A DNA stretch of 64,000 nt from a bacterium. Its GTDB lineage: Archaea > Thermoplasmatota > E2 > JACPAO01 > JAHFTW01. The notes beneath the pieces were generated by a model that searched no databases, was not told where the DNA came from, and saw only the letters and a program-made list of their open reading frames with translations. Positions 37,627 through 47,588 of the stretch are shown in pieces (within the stretch, counting starts at the first letter, position 1; every line of letters begins with the position of its first letter). The position numbers were made by a program, and so were the translations under genes. Where the stretch lies: contig JAZJZE010000009.1 of NCBI GenBank assembly GCA_040390065.1, positions 128,001 through 192,000 of the forward strand, in the 5' to 3' direction.

Positions 37627-39920
37627 GCCGTCCACGAGGACACAAGCGACGCCAACGCGTCGCGTTCCGTGGCCGCCAAGCCCTTCTCGCGCCCGACGGC
37701 GTCGACCAAGGCGCGGCTTTCGGCCGGGTCGATGCTGCCGTCCAGCAAGGCGAGGTCGAGAGCATGGTTGAAGGTCTCGCTCGTCCGACCGAGGAAGGAG
37801 CCAAGGACGCGTTGCCGCAGCAGTTGCAGGACCTGGTTGGCCCGGCTCTCCACGACGGTGAACTGGGCGTTGTCCAGTTTGCCGCGGGCCAGGTCCGCTC
37901 GACAGTCCTCCCGGAAATCATGCAGGGCACGCGTCGCCTCGAAGGGCTTGGCGCGGCCTGATTCGTGGATGGCGTCGAGGCGGGCGAGGTACTTGGCGAG
38001 GCGCCGGCGGCCGCGGGTGGCGCCCATGGCGGCAAAGATGGCACCGAAGAGGGTCAGGAAGAGGCCGACCCCGAAGAACGTGTAGTTCTGGTTCTCTGGG
38101 AGGAACGCGCGCTGGAAGAAGTTCAGGTTCGGCTCGTCCCTTCCGGGATGGATGGTAAGGGCGGCAGTCGCGGTCGTGCCGTTGGCGTAGACGAATGTCG
38201 CGCGGATCGAGACGTCGCCGGCCGCGCGGTAAAGGTTCTGCGGCGTCTCGTTTGCAGCGAAGACCCCATAGTCCCCGTCGCCCCAACCAACGTAGAGCGT
38301 GCGCGGCGCTTCCGGCCATGGCGGCGGCGTCGCATACAGGGCGACCTGCTCGTCCAGACGAGGGTACGCATTGTCGACGGAAAGGACGGGTCGCTGCGGC
38401 GGCGGGCGGGGGCCGAGGAGGGCGACATTGCCGAGGTTGTCGCAGGTCAGAAGCCGACCGTCGCCAAGGTCGATGATGTTTGGCACGGTGGCCGGGAAGT
38501 CGGTGATGCCGCCGACGCCGGCGCCCCCATGGACGACGGCGCGGTCGAGGGGGATTGGCAGGCGCGACATCATGTCCGCGGATGGCAACGCGAACATGTC
38601 CAGGAGGTCCTGTGTGCCGTTGGCAGTCGGGACGCTGACTGTCGCGAGGCCGAAGCGGTCGCGGTCCACGATGACCTGGCCGATCAGGCCCTGCTGGTCG
38701 CCGGACCAGAAGGGTCGGGGGCCATGGATGATGGTGGTGACGACGTACGCAGTCGTCTGCGTCGGGACGACGAGGGTCTCGTGGCCCCAAGCGGGCCCGG
38801 CCGCGTCCCGGGCTGCGGCCCCGAGGGTGAAGCTCTGGTCGAAGGTCGGGTTCTGCACGCCGGGCGTCACGAAGACGAGCTGGTTCCCGACGAAGGCTGC
38901 TGCCTGGATGCCGTTGGACGCCGCGTAGGCTGACCCCCCATGCTGGCCGGTGTTCCCCTGTGCGCCCGTCGGGTCCGTCGCCAAGGAGTCGTCGGCGACG
39001 TAGCCCGTCTGCGTACCGCGGTCGAGGGAAAGCCAGGCCATCGCCGCGGAGGTGGAGGCCTCCGTGCTGATGGTGCTCGGAACATAGCCCTTGACCACGA
39101 CGGAGTCCCCGACGAGGGTTGGTGGGCCGAGGAGGGCAAAGCGTCCCTGCGCCGGCTGCGGTGCCGGAGCCACTCCGCCGGCATCGACGACGGGAGCCAT
39201 GACGGTCGCATTCCAGGCGGCCTTGCCGGTTGCTGGGTCGAGTCGCGCCACGACGTTGTTGCCTTGGTCGTTGGCGCACGCAGCGACCAAGCGTACCGCG
39301 TCGTCGGCCGCAACGAGGCAGCTGTAATCGTTCTCGTCCACGAATGCAGGACCGGAGGCCGCCACCGGTGGGTGCCATACCCATCTCGTGGTCCCAGTCA
39401 TGTCGATGGCGCGCACCGATACTTCCTGGTCGGCGCCAAGCACCATGGACGGGTCGATGCCAGGGCCGGCGGCGACTCCGGGCCGCCCATCCACGGCCAC
39501 GATTGCGAGGCCCGAAGGCAGGTAGGCCACGAGTCGACCCCCGCTGGGACATGGGATGTCGGCTCCGACCTGCATGGGTTTGAGGTCCGCGCCGAAGCGC
39601 ACGAGTTGGCAAGTGTCGGTGGCTTGGTTCAAGGGCGTCGTGGCGCCGGCGGCTGCGATGGACAGCACGAGAGTCTCGTCGCCGACCTGCAGCGGGCCGC
39701 AGCAGAAATTTGCCAGCATGCGGTCTTCCGCCAACACGTTGCCATGCACCAACACGTCCAACGGCTGGTCGCCCAATTCGACGTATCCGGAATGCGCCCC
39801 GCCTCCCCCGATTTGGCCCCAACCCTTCGGCCCGCCCGACGGACTCGAGGTGGCCGGCAGGATGACGAGAACCGCAAAGGCCAACGCGACAAGGGCACGA
39901 CGGCCGCGCGCAGGCGCCAT
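37608..39920 (-). CDS. Cell-surface beta-propeller/PKD protein with TM helix and cytoplasmic helical domain
   Basis: Signal peptide, WGQIGG, RLDPATGKAAW repeats, WGDG PKD motif, TM helix, C-terminal LLDGSIDPAE. Confidence 0.75.
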   Translation of the reverse strand: MAPARGRRALVALAFAVLVILPATSSPSGGPKGWGQIGGGGAHSGYVELGDQPLDVLVHGNVLAEDRMLANFCCGPLQVGDETLVLSIAAAGATTPLNQATDTCQLVRFGADLKPMQVGADIPCPSGGRLVAYLPSGLAIVAVDGRPGVAAGPGIDPSMVLGADQEVSVRAIDMTGTTRWVWHPPVAASGPAFVDENDYSCLVAADDAVRLVAACANDQGNNVVARLDPATGKAAWNATVMAPVVDAGGVAPAPQPAQGRFALLGPPTLVGDSVVVKGYVPSTISTEASTSAAMAWLSLDRGTQTGYVADDSLATDPTGAQGNTGQHGGSAYAASNGIQAAAFVGNQLVFVTPGVQNPTFDQSFTLGAAARDAAGPAWGHETLVVPTQTTAYVVTTIIHGPRPFWSGDQQGLIGQVIVDRDRFGLATVSVPTANGTQDLLDMFALPSADMMSRLPIPLDRAVVHGGAGVGGITDFPATVPNIIDLGDGRLLTCDNLGNVALLGPRPPPQRPVLSVDNAYPRLDEQVALYATPPPWPEAPRTLYVGWGDGDYGVFAANETPQNLYRAAGDVSIRATFVYANGTTATAALTIHPGRDEPNLNFFQRAFLPENQNYTFFGVGLFLTLFGAIFAAMGATRGRRRLAKYLARLDAIHESGRAKPFEATRALHDFREDCRADLARGKLDNAQFTVVESRANQVLQLLRQRVLGSFLGRTSETFNHALDLALLDGSIDPAESRALVDAVGREKGLAATERDALASLVSSWTAQKASR

Positions 39921-39922
39921 GA

Positions 39923-41623
39923 CTATCCCAGCGGGTGCGCCAAGATGACGCTCTCGGCGGTGGCGCGCTTGGCTGGGTCCCAGCCGACGGCGAACCAGGG
40001 TCGTTCGATGGCGGCCGTGTACACCTTGCACTCCTTGCCGTCACGGGTGTCCGGGAACACCGGGTGTGCCGCCGGCCACGAGGAGTCGATGTCCTGGTAG
40101 TCGCCGAAGAAGACCTTGCCGTCCTGGTGGTGGCACAGGTTGTGGTCCCAGCCTTCGTCGGCGGCGTCGCGCACGCGCAGGTTCGCTGACCAGGTCTTTC
40201 CACCGTCCAAGCTGTAGGAGTAGAAGCTGTCGACGCGGTCGTGGTCGCCGGCGGTGCCGTGCTCGCGCGTGTCGAACCACTGCACGTCGAGGACGCCGCC
40301 GGGGCTGACCGAGATGGCGGGCATGAAATGGTACGAGGCGTCGGCCGTGGCGCCGCCGGTCGGCACGTCGTCGTTGACGCGCACGGGCGGTTGCCAGGTC
40401 TTGCCGCCGTCGTGGCTCGCGACGACGTAGACGTTGAGGTTGCCCGTCTTGGCGCACGATACGTTCCAGATGGGGTCTTGGCAACCATCGTCGAAGACGA
40501 AATAGACGGAGTTGGCAAACGGCGAATCGGCGTTGCGGTCCGTCGCCATGGCGGGGAACCCGGCAGTTGCTTCGCGGTTGCTCAGGGCCTTCATGGCTTT
40601 GCCAGAGTGCGGGGCCAGCACGGTCGTCGTGGCGCCCCAGGTCTTGCCTTCGTCAAGGCTGGTTCGCAAGTGGATTCCCTGCCCGCCAGTCCATGCCGCG
40701 TAGACCTGGGAGCCGGGGCCGACGTCGACGAACGAGCCTTGGCCTGCGTCGTCGCCCGGCGCCACGGTGCTGGCCATGACGAATGGATCCGAGTACGTCT
40801 CGCCGTTGTCGGTGCTGCGGAAGTACAAGTTGCCCGGCACGGCAGATGCAAGCCACATGACGTGGATGGTGCCGTCGTTGGACGCCGCGAGCCAGCCCTT
40901 GTCATGGAAGGCCGCTGGATAACTCCCCTCGAAGACGCCAGTGAAGGTGTCGAAGGTGTCGCCGCCGTCGTGGGAGATGGCGACGATCTGGATGGCGCGG
41001 TTGAACGCCCAGTCGTTGACGGCGCCCTGCGGGCAGACGTTCTCGCAGGTCTTCGACGCCGTGACCGGGTCACCCTGGTAGGCCATCAGGAGATAGTAGA
41101 ACGACTTGCCATCCTGCGAATAATAGGCGACGGGGTCGGTCGTGCACCAGTACTGGCTGGCGTAGTTCGGCTTGAACGACGTCGGGTCCGTCGCAAGACG
41201 CCACGGGCTGCCGTCGAAACTGCGGTCCGTCACGGTGGCGCCGCCGTCATGCGAGACGTAGACGCCGTCCCACACGCATTGGCCCGCGTCGGTGGGGAAG
41301 TAGTCCTTGGCGCCGCCCACGAGGTTGCGCGGGTCCACGGGATTCACGGCGATCGTGACCTCGTTGCCTTGCCGCGTGGCCGTCGGCGTCAGGTTGGTAT
41401 TGCAGCCGAGTGCGGAGAGGTTGTTGGCTTGCTGCGCATGGCAGTGCAGGAACGGCACGGGCAGCCCGCCAGCGTCCAAAGCCGTGTAGTTGAAGCCGGA
41501 GCCGTAGGCGGAGTCGCGAACGAACGGCGCCGGCCCAGGTGGTGTCGGCGTCTGCGAACCGGAGCATCCGGCGAGGACGGCCGCGCAAACCAGCGTGGCC
41601 GCCAAGAGCGATTGCATGCGCAC
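39923..41623 (-). CDS. Sialidase-like (BNR/Asp-box) lipoprotein
   Basis: LAGC lipobox; six SxDxGxT(W/F)-like Asp boxes; FFGDY. Confidence 0.88.
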   Translation of the reverse strand: MRMQSLLAATLVCAAVLAGCSGSQTPTPPGPAPFVRDSAYGSGFNYTALDAGGLPVPFLHCHAQQANNLSALGCNTNLTPTATRQGNEVTIAVNPVDPRNLVGGAKDYFPTDAGQCVWDGVYVSHDGGATVTDRSFDGSPWRLATDPTSFKPNYASQYWCTTDPVAYYSQDGKSFYYLLMAYQGDPVTASKTCENVCPQGAVNDWAFNRAIQIVAISHDGGDTFDTFTGVFEGSYPAAFHDKGWLAASNDGTIHVMWLASAVPGNLYFRSTDNGETYSDPFVMASTVAPGDDAGQGSFVDVGPGSQVYAAWTGGQGIHLRTSLDEGKTWGATTTVLAPHSGKAMKALSNREATAGFPAMATDRNADSPFANSVYFVFDDGCQDPIWNVSCAKTGNLNVYVVASHDGGKTWQPPVRVNDDVPTGGATADASYHFMPAISVSPGGVLDVQWFDTREHGTAGDHDRVDSFYSYSLDGGKTWSANLRVRDAADEGWDHNLCHHQDGKVFFGDYQDIDSSWPAAHPVFPDTRDGKECKVYTAAIERPWFAVGWDPAKRATAESVILAHPLG

Positions 41624-41669
41624 GCCGTTGCGACGGGAGAGCGCCAGTTAAAGGGTTGCGGCGGACGGT

Positions 41670-42332
41670 TCAGGCAAAACCGTCGAGCCGGACGTTCTTC
41701 GGCGCAAGCAGATCCCTTGCCGTCGCCCATGTGAGGCGCGTTCCCTCGGGCAACTCCCCAAACGCGGCGAGCCAGCCGCGCAGGAACGCTTGCGTCAAGG
41801 GGTCGCTGGAATAGCCGGAGCCCAGGGGGAGGTTCAGCTTGCGTTCGAGGCGGCGCGCCAGTTTCGCGACCTGGGCGTCGCGTTCGACCTTCGCGATGAT
41901 GCTCGCGGCGCCGACGATCGGATAGGTCACGTCTGCCTTGTGCTCGCTCACGACCGTCGTGCCCGGGGGCAGGGCCGCGGCCAGGTGTGCCCCGAAGCGC
42001 TGCGCGTCGACGTCGGCGGCATCGACCCATACGGTCGTGGCCCCGAGTGCGACGGCGATGTCCTGGAAGCGGCGCATCTCGATGACGTTGAGACTGCGGC
42101 CTTCCCGCCGTTCGGCGTCCAGCACGTCGGCATCCACGGTGCGCACCTCGATCTTGACGGCGGCTTCGCGTCGCAGCGCCCGGTCCAGTGCGCGGCGGCG
42201 GTCGGGGGAGAGGACCTTCGAGTCGGTGCAACCCAAGGCTGCAAAGAGGTCGATCTCGGTCGCGGCGACGCCCGCAACGACGAGGGGGCCGATCACGGGG
42301 CCGCGTCCCGCCTCGTCCATCCCCGCAAGCAT
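41670..42332 (-). CDS. rnhB: Ribonuclease HII
   Basis: GMDEAGRGPVIGP, DSK, AASIIAKVERD and GSGY motifs. Confidence 0.96.
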   Translation of the reverse strand: MLAGMDEAGRGPVIGPLVVAGVAATEIDLFAALGCTDSKVLSPDRRRALDRALRREAAVKIEVRTVDADVLDAERREGRSLNVIEMRRFQDIAVALGATTVWVDAADVDAQRFGAHLAAALPPGTTVVSEHKADVTYPIVGAASIIAKVERDAQVAKLARRLERKLNLPLGSGYSSDPLTQAFLRGWLAAFGELPEGTRLTWATARDLLAPKNVRLDGFA

Positions 42333-42418
42333 GCCTTGTCCAGTCCGGGGCCGCGGAAGAAGGCGACGGCAAGCGCCGGGCCTCATCCCTAAATACGTGC
42401 GCGGACCCATATTGGGCC

Positions 42419-42892
42419 GTGCCCGTCGACGCAAGCTGGTGGACCGCAGCCGGCTTTCTCATGTTCGGCCTGCTCCTGATCGTCATCGAGATCTGGATGC
42501 CCGGCTACTTCATCGCCGTCCCTGGCGGTGCCTTGTTCCTCGGCGGCGCCTTGGCGCTCGCCATTCCCGGCGTGATGTTCGAGTCGGCCTGGGCCTGGCT
42601 TCTCTGGCCGCTTTTCCTGGGACTGGCCACCGTTGCGAACCTGTACGCCTACAAGCGCTGGGCACCGCCGGCTCGCCACCCGGTGACCATGGGCACCGAT
42701 TCGCTTCCAGGCCAGGTCGGCACGGTCGTCCACGACGTGGCGCCTGGTCAAGGCGGCAAGGGAAAGGTGCGCATCCGCGGCGCCGTGTGGTCAGCGCGCA
42801 GCGCCGTCCCCATCGCGAAGGGCGAGCACGCGCGCGTCGTGCGCGTCGAGGGCGTGTACGTGATCGTGGAGCCCGCGGCGGCGCACGCCTAA
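42419..42892 (+). CDS. NfeD-family protein
   Basis: TM helices followed by an OB fold (GKVRIRGAVWSARS, VVRVEG). Confidence 0.88.
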   Translation: MPVDASWWTAAGFLMFGLLLIVIEIWMPGYFIAVPGGALFLGGALALAIPGVMFESAWAWLLWPLFLGLATVANLYAYKRWAPPARHPVTMGTDSLPGQVGTVVHDVAPGQGGKGKVRIRGAVWSARSAVPIAKGEHARVVRVEGVYVIVEPAAAHA

Positions 42893-44067
42893 CTGAGTGC
42901 CGACAACACGCGCGCCGCCGGCCGCGTCACGCGCTCGCGCAGGGTCTTGGGCGCAAACACCCACGCGCGCCAGTGGTCGAGCCGCGCCTCCTGGAGGACG
43001 GCGACGAGACGGCTTGCCTGCGCGAGCGGTTCGAGGCTGCCATCACGGCGGCGCACTTGCACGGCGACTTCGCGAAAGCGCGGCGGATGGGGCACGTCGA
43101 GGAGCGCCTGGTGCGGCTCCACGCCGGCATCCGCGGCCACCTCGGCCTGGACCTTGGCCCGCGCCTTCGCGTCGTCCGCCAGGCGCAGGATGGCGTCCCG
43201 GTTGGCCGTCTGCGGCCCCGCCTCCCAGGCACGCTTGTACAACCGGCGTTCGTCGAGGCGAGCGACCAGTTCGGCCTCGGCGGCGCCGGCGCCGCGCAAG
43301 CGGTGCAGGAGGCCGTCGTCGGTTTCGCGCTCGAGGTCGGCCAGGCGGGCCGCGCCGGACGCGATGTGCGCGCGGATGGCGGCCTGCAGCATGGCCTCGC
43401 TTGCCCGCACAGTGTGGTGCAGGTAGACGGCAGGATACATGAGAAACCGCATGGCGAGGAGGCCCTCGGCGGCAATGATGCCTGACTCGTCGAGCACGAT
43501 GCCGTGCATATCGTCGCGGGCCAGGACCTCGATGAGGCGGTCGGCATCGACGGAGGACGGAACTCCGGTGTAGTGCGCGTCGCGCAGAAGGTAGTCCATG
43601 CGGTCGGCGTCGATTGGGCCGCTGACAAGCGTGGCGGTCGGCCCCCGTCCGATGATGGCGTCGCTCACGGCCACGGGGTCGAGTCCGCCTTGCCTGAGGA
43701 GGTCCGCAAGGGGCCCCCACCTGACGAGGTCGACGCTTACGTCCTCGTGCCGCCGGCCCGCTTCACGCAGGAGTTCGTCGAAGGCGTGGCTGAAGGGACC
43801 GTGGCCGACGTCGTGCAGGAGCGCCGCGGCGCGCACGGTGTCCGCCTCGGCAGGAGCGAGCCCGAGGCGTGAGGCGATGCGGCCGGCCAGGTGCTGGGCG
43901 CCCACACTGTGCTCGAAGCGGCGGTGGTGGGCACCGGGATAGACGAGATGCGCCGTGCCGAGTTGCTGGATGCGGCGCAGGCGCTGCATGACCGGCGCGT
44001 CCAGAAGGGGCATCGACCAGGACGGCATCTCGATGGAGCCGTGGATGGGGTCGCGCAGAACCGTCAC
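42889..44067 (-). CDS. HD-domain dNTP triphosphohydrolase-like protein
   Basis: DPIHG, QRLRRIQQLG, RFEHS, LLHDVGHGPFSH and DADRMDYL motifs. Confidence 0.94.
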   Translation of the reverse strand: MTVLRDPIHGSIEMPSWSMPLLDAPVMQRLRRIQQLGTAHLVYPGAHHRRFEHSVGAQHLAGRIASRLGLAPAEADTVRAAALLHDVGHGPFSHAFDELLREAGRRHEDVSVDLVRWGPLADLLRQGGLDPVAVSDAIIGRGPTATLVSGPIDADRMDYLLRDAHYTGVPSSVDADRLIEVLARDDMHGIVLDESGIIAAEGLLAMRFLMYPAVYLHHTVRASEAMLQAAIRAHIASGAARLADLERETDDGLLHRLRGAGAAEAELVARLDERRLYKRAWEAGPQTANRDAILRLADDAKARAKVQAEVAADAGVEPHQALLDVPHPPRFREVAVQVRRRDGSLEPLAQASRLVAVLQEARLDHWRAWVFAPKTLRERVTRPAARVLSALS

Positions 44068-44093
44068 GCACGGGGGACACCATCGCCGGCTTT

Positions 44094-45800
44094 TCAGGCG
44101 ATGGGGTGCACGTCGGCGTCCGGGGCAGCGCGGCGTCGTCCTGGCCGGAACCATTCTGGGCGAAGCAGGCGTGCCAGCATGAGGACGCCGGCCAGGAGCA
44201 CGACGCTGGCCAGCCCGTGGTAGAAGGACTGGACGCCGGCATCGCTGGCGGCGAGCATGGATCCGACTTGGATGGCCGAGCCGCCGAAGGCATCGTCACG
44301 GCCTGCGGCGAGCGGCAATTCCAGGAAGGCCACGGTGGCGGCGGCCATCGCGATGCCGATGGCAAGCGGCAACGCGGATGAGGGCCGGGTATCCGGTGCC
44401 GCACGCCGCGCGACGCGAGCGATGGCCAGGGCCGCCACGAGGGCGCCGCAGACCCGCCACAGGACGAGCTCACCGGGGCTGGTGTCGAAGGCGGCAAGGC
44501 CATTCTCGCTGGGGACGTACGTCGCATACACGGTGTTGCCGATGCCCCACAGGGCGCCGGCGCACAGCAGGAGGGCGGGCGCCGCCGCGACGGGCTCGGC
44601 GACGAATAGGCTTGCGATCGCAAGGGGGGCGGCAGCGGCAAGCCAAGCCCAAAGCGCGCGCGAGTCCGTCCACGTCACTGCACCGGCAAGGACGAAGCAG
44701 GCTGCCGCGGCGATGGGCACGCCCCACACGACGGTGGCCCGGATGGGCGTCGGGGCTGGGCGCTCCGCCTGGCGAGCGAGCACGCGCACGAAGCGCCGGT
44801 GCAGCAGGACGAGAGGGACCGCAGGGATGGCGAGCAGGAGGTTCGCGACGAGGGCCGTGTTGAGGTTGACGAGCCCGAAGGGCGCGTTGCCTTCGGCAAG
44901 TCCGGTGAGAGTGACCTTGGGAAGCACGAGGGCGGCGGCCGCGACGACGACGAGCACGGCGGCGAGGCCGGCCTCGATGCGGCCGATGCCTTGCCAGAAG
45001 TCGAGGGCGACTGGTGCCCGCAGCGGTTCGCGGATGGCCCTCGCCAGGTGCCACGTCTTCAGTGTCGACGTCACGAGGATTCCCAGGCATGCAAGTGCAG
45101 CAAGCGGCAGCGCCAGTTGGAAGGGGCCGCTGTTGGCGGAGGCCGGCAAGGCGACGGCGGCCCGCAAGGCGCCCCAACCGGCGATGGCCAGGAACGGTGC
45201 CGCCAGCCCGAGAGCGCCGACCTGCAGGGCCACCGCCTGGCGGGACGCATCGACCTTGAGTGGCGCGGCCCCTCGCACGAGCAGGCGCCCCGACCAGACC
45301 ATGGCAAGGACTCCCGCCACGACGACGGCGAGCACCGGGGCGAGGACCCAAGGCATGACGCCGGAGTTCGACGCCAGGAGGCCGATGCTCATGTGGTACG
45401 GCAGCGGTTGGCCGGGCACGCCGCTTGCGTCATGCACGTCACCGGCGAGGACGGAGGGCCAAGCGGTCTGCAGGAGGTTCACCGTCAGGTACGACGCGCC
45501 CAGAAACAGGATGGCGGCCCCGAACCTGGCCAGAGTCGCGGGGCGCGGGGTCCAGCGGCGCGGCGGGCGGCCGAGGAGGGCGTCGCGGGGCGGGCCGGCC
45601 ACGGCGAGGATGATGAGCAAGAGCCCGAACGCGGCGGGAATCGCGGTGAAGACGATGGCGTCGCCGAGGTTGATGCCGGCGTTCTGGCTTCCCGCAGGGC
45701 CGAGGTACCGTTCATGCTGGAATGCAGCGCCAAAGCCGAGCCCGGCGGCGGTGGCCGCGGTGCCGACGAGGATCAGTGCCAGTCGCCCGCGCGGGACCAC
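44094..45800 (-). CDS. Polytopic membrane protein
   Basis: About 14 hydrophobic segments; start approximate. Confidence 0.72.
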   Translation of the reverse strand: MVPRGRLALILVGTAATAAGLGFGAAFQHERYLGPAGSQNAGINLGDAIVFTAIPAAFGLLLIILAVAGPPRDALLGRPPRRWTPRPATLARFGAAILFLGASYLTVNLLQTAWPSVLAGDVHDASGVPGQPLPYHMSIGLLASNSGVMPWVLAPVLAVVVAGVLAMVWSGRLLVRGAAPLKVDASRQAVALQVGALGLAAPFLAIAGWGALRAAVALPASANSGPFQLALPLAALACLGILVTSTLKTWHLARAIREPLRAPVALDFWQGIGRIEAGLAAVLVVVAAAALVLPKVTLTGLAEGNAPFGLVNLNTALVANLLLAIPAVPLVLLHRRFVRVLARQAERPAPTPIRATVVWGVPIAAAACFVLAGAVTWTDSRALWAWLAAAAPLAIASLFVAEPVAAAPALLLCAGALWGIGNTVYATYVPSENGLAAFDTSPGELVLWRVCGALVAALAIARVARRAAPDTRPSSALPLAIGIAMAAATVAFLELPLAAGRDDAFGGSAIQVGSMLAASDAGVQSFYHGLASVVLLAGVLMLARLLRPEWFRPGRRRAAPDADVHPIA

Positions 45801-45850
45801 GCCGTTTTCATGCCGTGGCGACCACTTAACACTTGAGGATTCGGCCTCCG

Positions 45851-46714
45851 TCAGAGCGGCGGCAGGTCGAGGCTGGGTGCCGGCGGAGCGGCTCCGGGCA
45901 TGCCGAGCATCTCCAGTTCGAAACTCGAACCCATCGTGACGCGCAGCCCATCGCGGGCAGCGACGGTCGGGACGCCGGTTGCATCCGTGATGCGTTGTGC
46001 CCACATGCCGGGGTCGCCGTCCTTGAGGGTCTTGTAGCCGAAATGGGTGAGGAGCAAGAGGCGCGGCTTGATCTGGTCGGCGAGGCGCTGCACGTCGTCG
46101 GTGCACATGTGCCACGGGATGCGTTCCGAGCCGCCGCGCGTCATCTGGCAGACGACGAGGCGCGCGCCCTGGTGGGCGTCCGCCAGGCCGTCGAAGTAGC
46201 GCGTGTCGGGGATGTAGCTCAGGACTCCATCGGTGAGTTTCATGCGGAAGCCGACGGTGTCCGGGTCGGAGTGGTCCTGCTTGGTCGCCGTGACCTCGTA
46301 CATGCCCTCGAGCGTCACGGTGTCGCCGGCCCGGACCTCCTTGCACGTGGCCATCATGCGCTGGTGGTACTGCGAGATGACGGGACCGAGCGCGTCGCCG
46401 TCGGTGGACGTGGTGCCGCGAAGGACTGAACGCGGGGCAAGCAGTGCGCCTTGCCGGTCGAGGCCACCTCGCGTGATGCCTTCCAGGAGGATGGGTGCGT
46501 CCGTCCAGTGGTCGGGATGAGCATGGCTCAGCAGCACGGCGCGTGTCTGCGTCGGGTCGAGGCCGTACCGGTGCATGTGCACGAGGGCCCCGGGGCCTGG
46601 GTCAATGTTGCAGCGCAACCCCTGGTCGCGAACGTACATTCCGCCCGTCTGGCGGAGCTGGCTGATGGTGGTGAACCGGCCACCGCCGGTCCCCAGGAAT
46701 GTCAGCTCGGTCAC
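45851..46714 (-). CDS. Archaeal MBL-fold metallo-hydrolase
   Basis: LGTGGGRF, DPGPG, SHAHPDH and THFG motifs. Confidence 0.92.
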   Translation of the reverse strand: MTELTFLGTGGGRFTTISQLRQTGGMYVRDQGLRCNIDPGPGALVHMHRYGLDPTQTRAVLLSHAHPDHWTDAPILLEGITRGGLDRQGALLAPRSVLRGTTSTDGDALGPVISQYHQRMMATCKEVRAGDTVTLEGMYEVTATKQDHSDPDTVGFRMKLTDGVLSYIPDTRYFDGLADAHQGARLVVCQMTRGGSERIPWHMCTDDVQRLADQIKPRLLLLTHFGYKTLKDGDPGMWAQRITDATGVPTVAARDGLRVTMGSSFELEMLGMPGAAPPAPSLDLPPL

Positions 46715-46838
46715 TCGGCTTCACAAGACGAGGCAAGTGCCCCCCCGCGTATCAAGGTTGCCCGCGTCGCGGCGTATGCGCCCGGACTGCCAGGTCCCCA
46801 GCACAACGCTTATGGGAGCCGCTCTGGCATCGAGGCGC

Positions 46839-47588
46839 GTGAAGCTTGTGGGACTGGCCATCGTGGCCACGATGCTCCTGCCCATCGCGTCCCTGCCTGC
46901 GCAGGGCCAGGTCGACCTCCGCGGCGCATCCTCCTGCGCGGCCCGCTCGCCGCCGTGCGGCTACATCAATCCGCTTCTCGACCTCAACTTCTCTGACAAG
47001 CCCAAGTGCACCGGCCAAGCCGGCGCCGTCGACTTGTCGACGTGCATCGCCATGCCCGAGGCGAATGCCACGGTGACGTTCCGCGGCACGGTGCGCTGGT
47101 ACTGGAAGGAATCCGAGGACACCATCTACCCGCCCGACGCGCAGAAGCCCGTCGCCATCACCTTCGCCACCGTTCCCAGCAACCCGTCGTGGATGTCCTT
47201 CAAGGTCTCGCCGGAGACGTATACGATTGGCGTTGCCGAGCTGTTCAACCCGACCAACAGCAAGGTCGACCAGACCGTGTCGCCCCCCATCGTGTACTAC
47301 TGGTTCGAGCGCCCCGTGAACGTGACCTTCACGCGCACCGGCACGCCGACGCCGGACGAAGTCGCCGACCTCGCGGCCCACGATTACGTCGTCGACGTGT
47401 ACGTGCGGGCCAAGAGCACGGAGTCGGGCTCGACGTACAATGCCGGCTTCGGCGGCGAGTACTTCCGCTTCGACGGCACCGGCTTCCAAGCGCAGCCAAC
47501 AACGGCTCAGAAAGCGTCGCCCGCCGGCTGGACGGCACCGGTCCTGGCTCTGGCGGCCGTTGCCGTCATGCGTCGTCGCCGGGCGTGA
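46839..47588 (+). CDS. Secreted protein with C-terminal sorting-like signal
   Basis: Signal peptide; KASP, TM helix, RRRR. Confidence 0.78.
   Translation: MKLVGLAIVATMLLPIASLPAQGQVDLRGASSCAARSPPCGYINPLLDLNFSDKPKCTGQAGAVDLSTCIAMPEANATVTFRGTVRWYWKESEDTIYPPDAQKPVAITFATVPSNPSWMSFKVSPETYTIGVAELFNPTNSKVDQTVSPPIVYYWFERPVNVTFTRTGTPTPDEVADLAAHDYVVDVYVRAKSTESGSTYNAGFGGEYFRFDGTGFQAQPTTAQKASPAGWTAPVLALAAVAVMRRRRA

Noticed and set aside
42419-42892. NfeD without an adjacent SPFH/stomatin gene
   Set aside because: The partner may lie elsewhere in the genome; this cannot be judged from one window.
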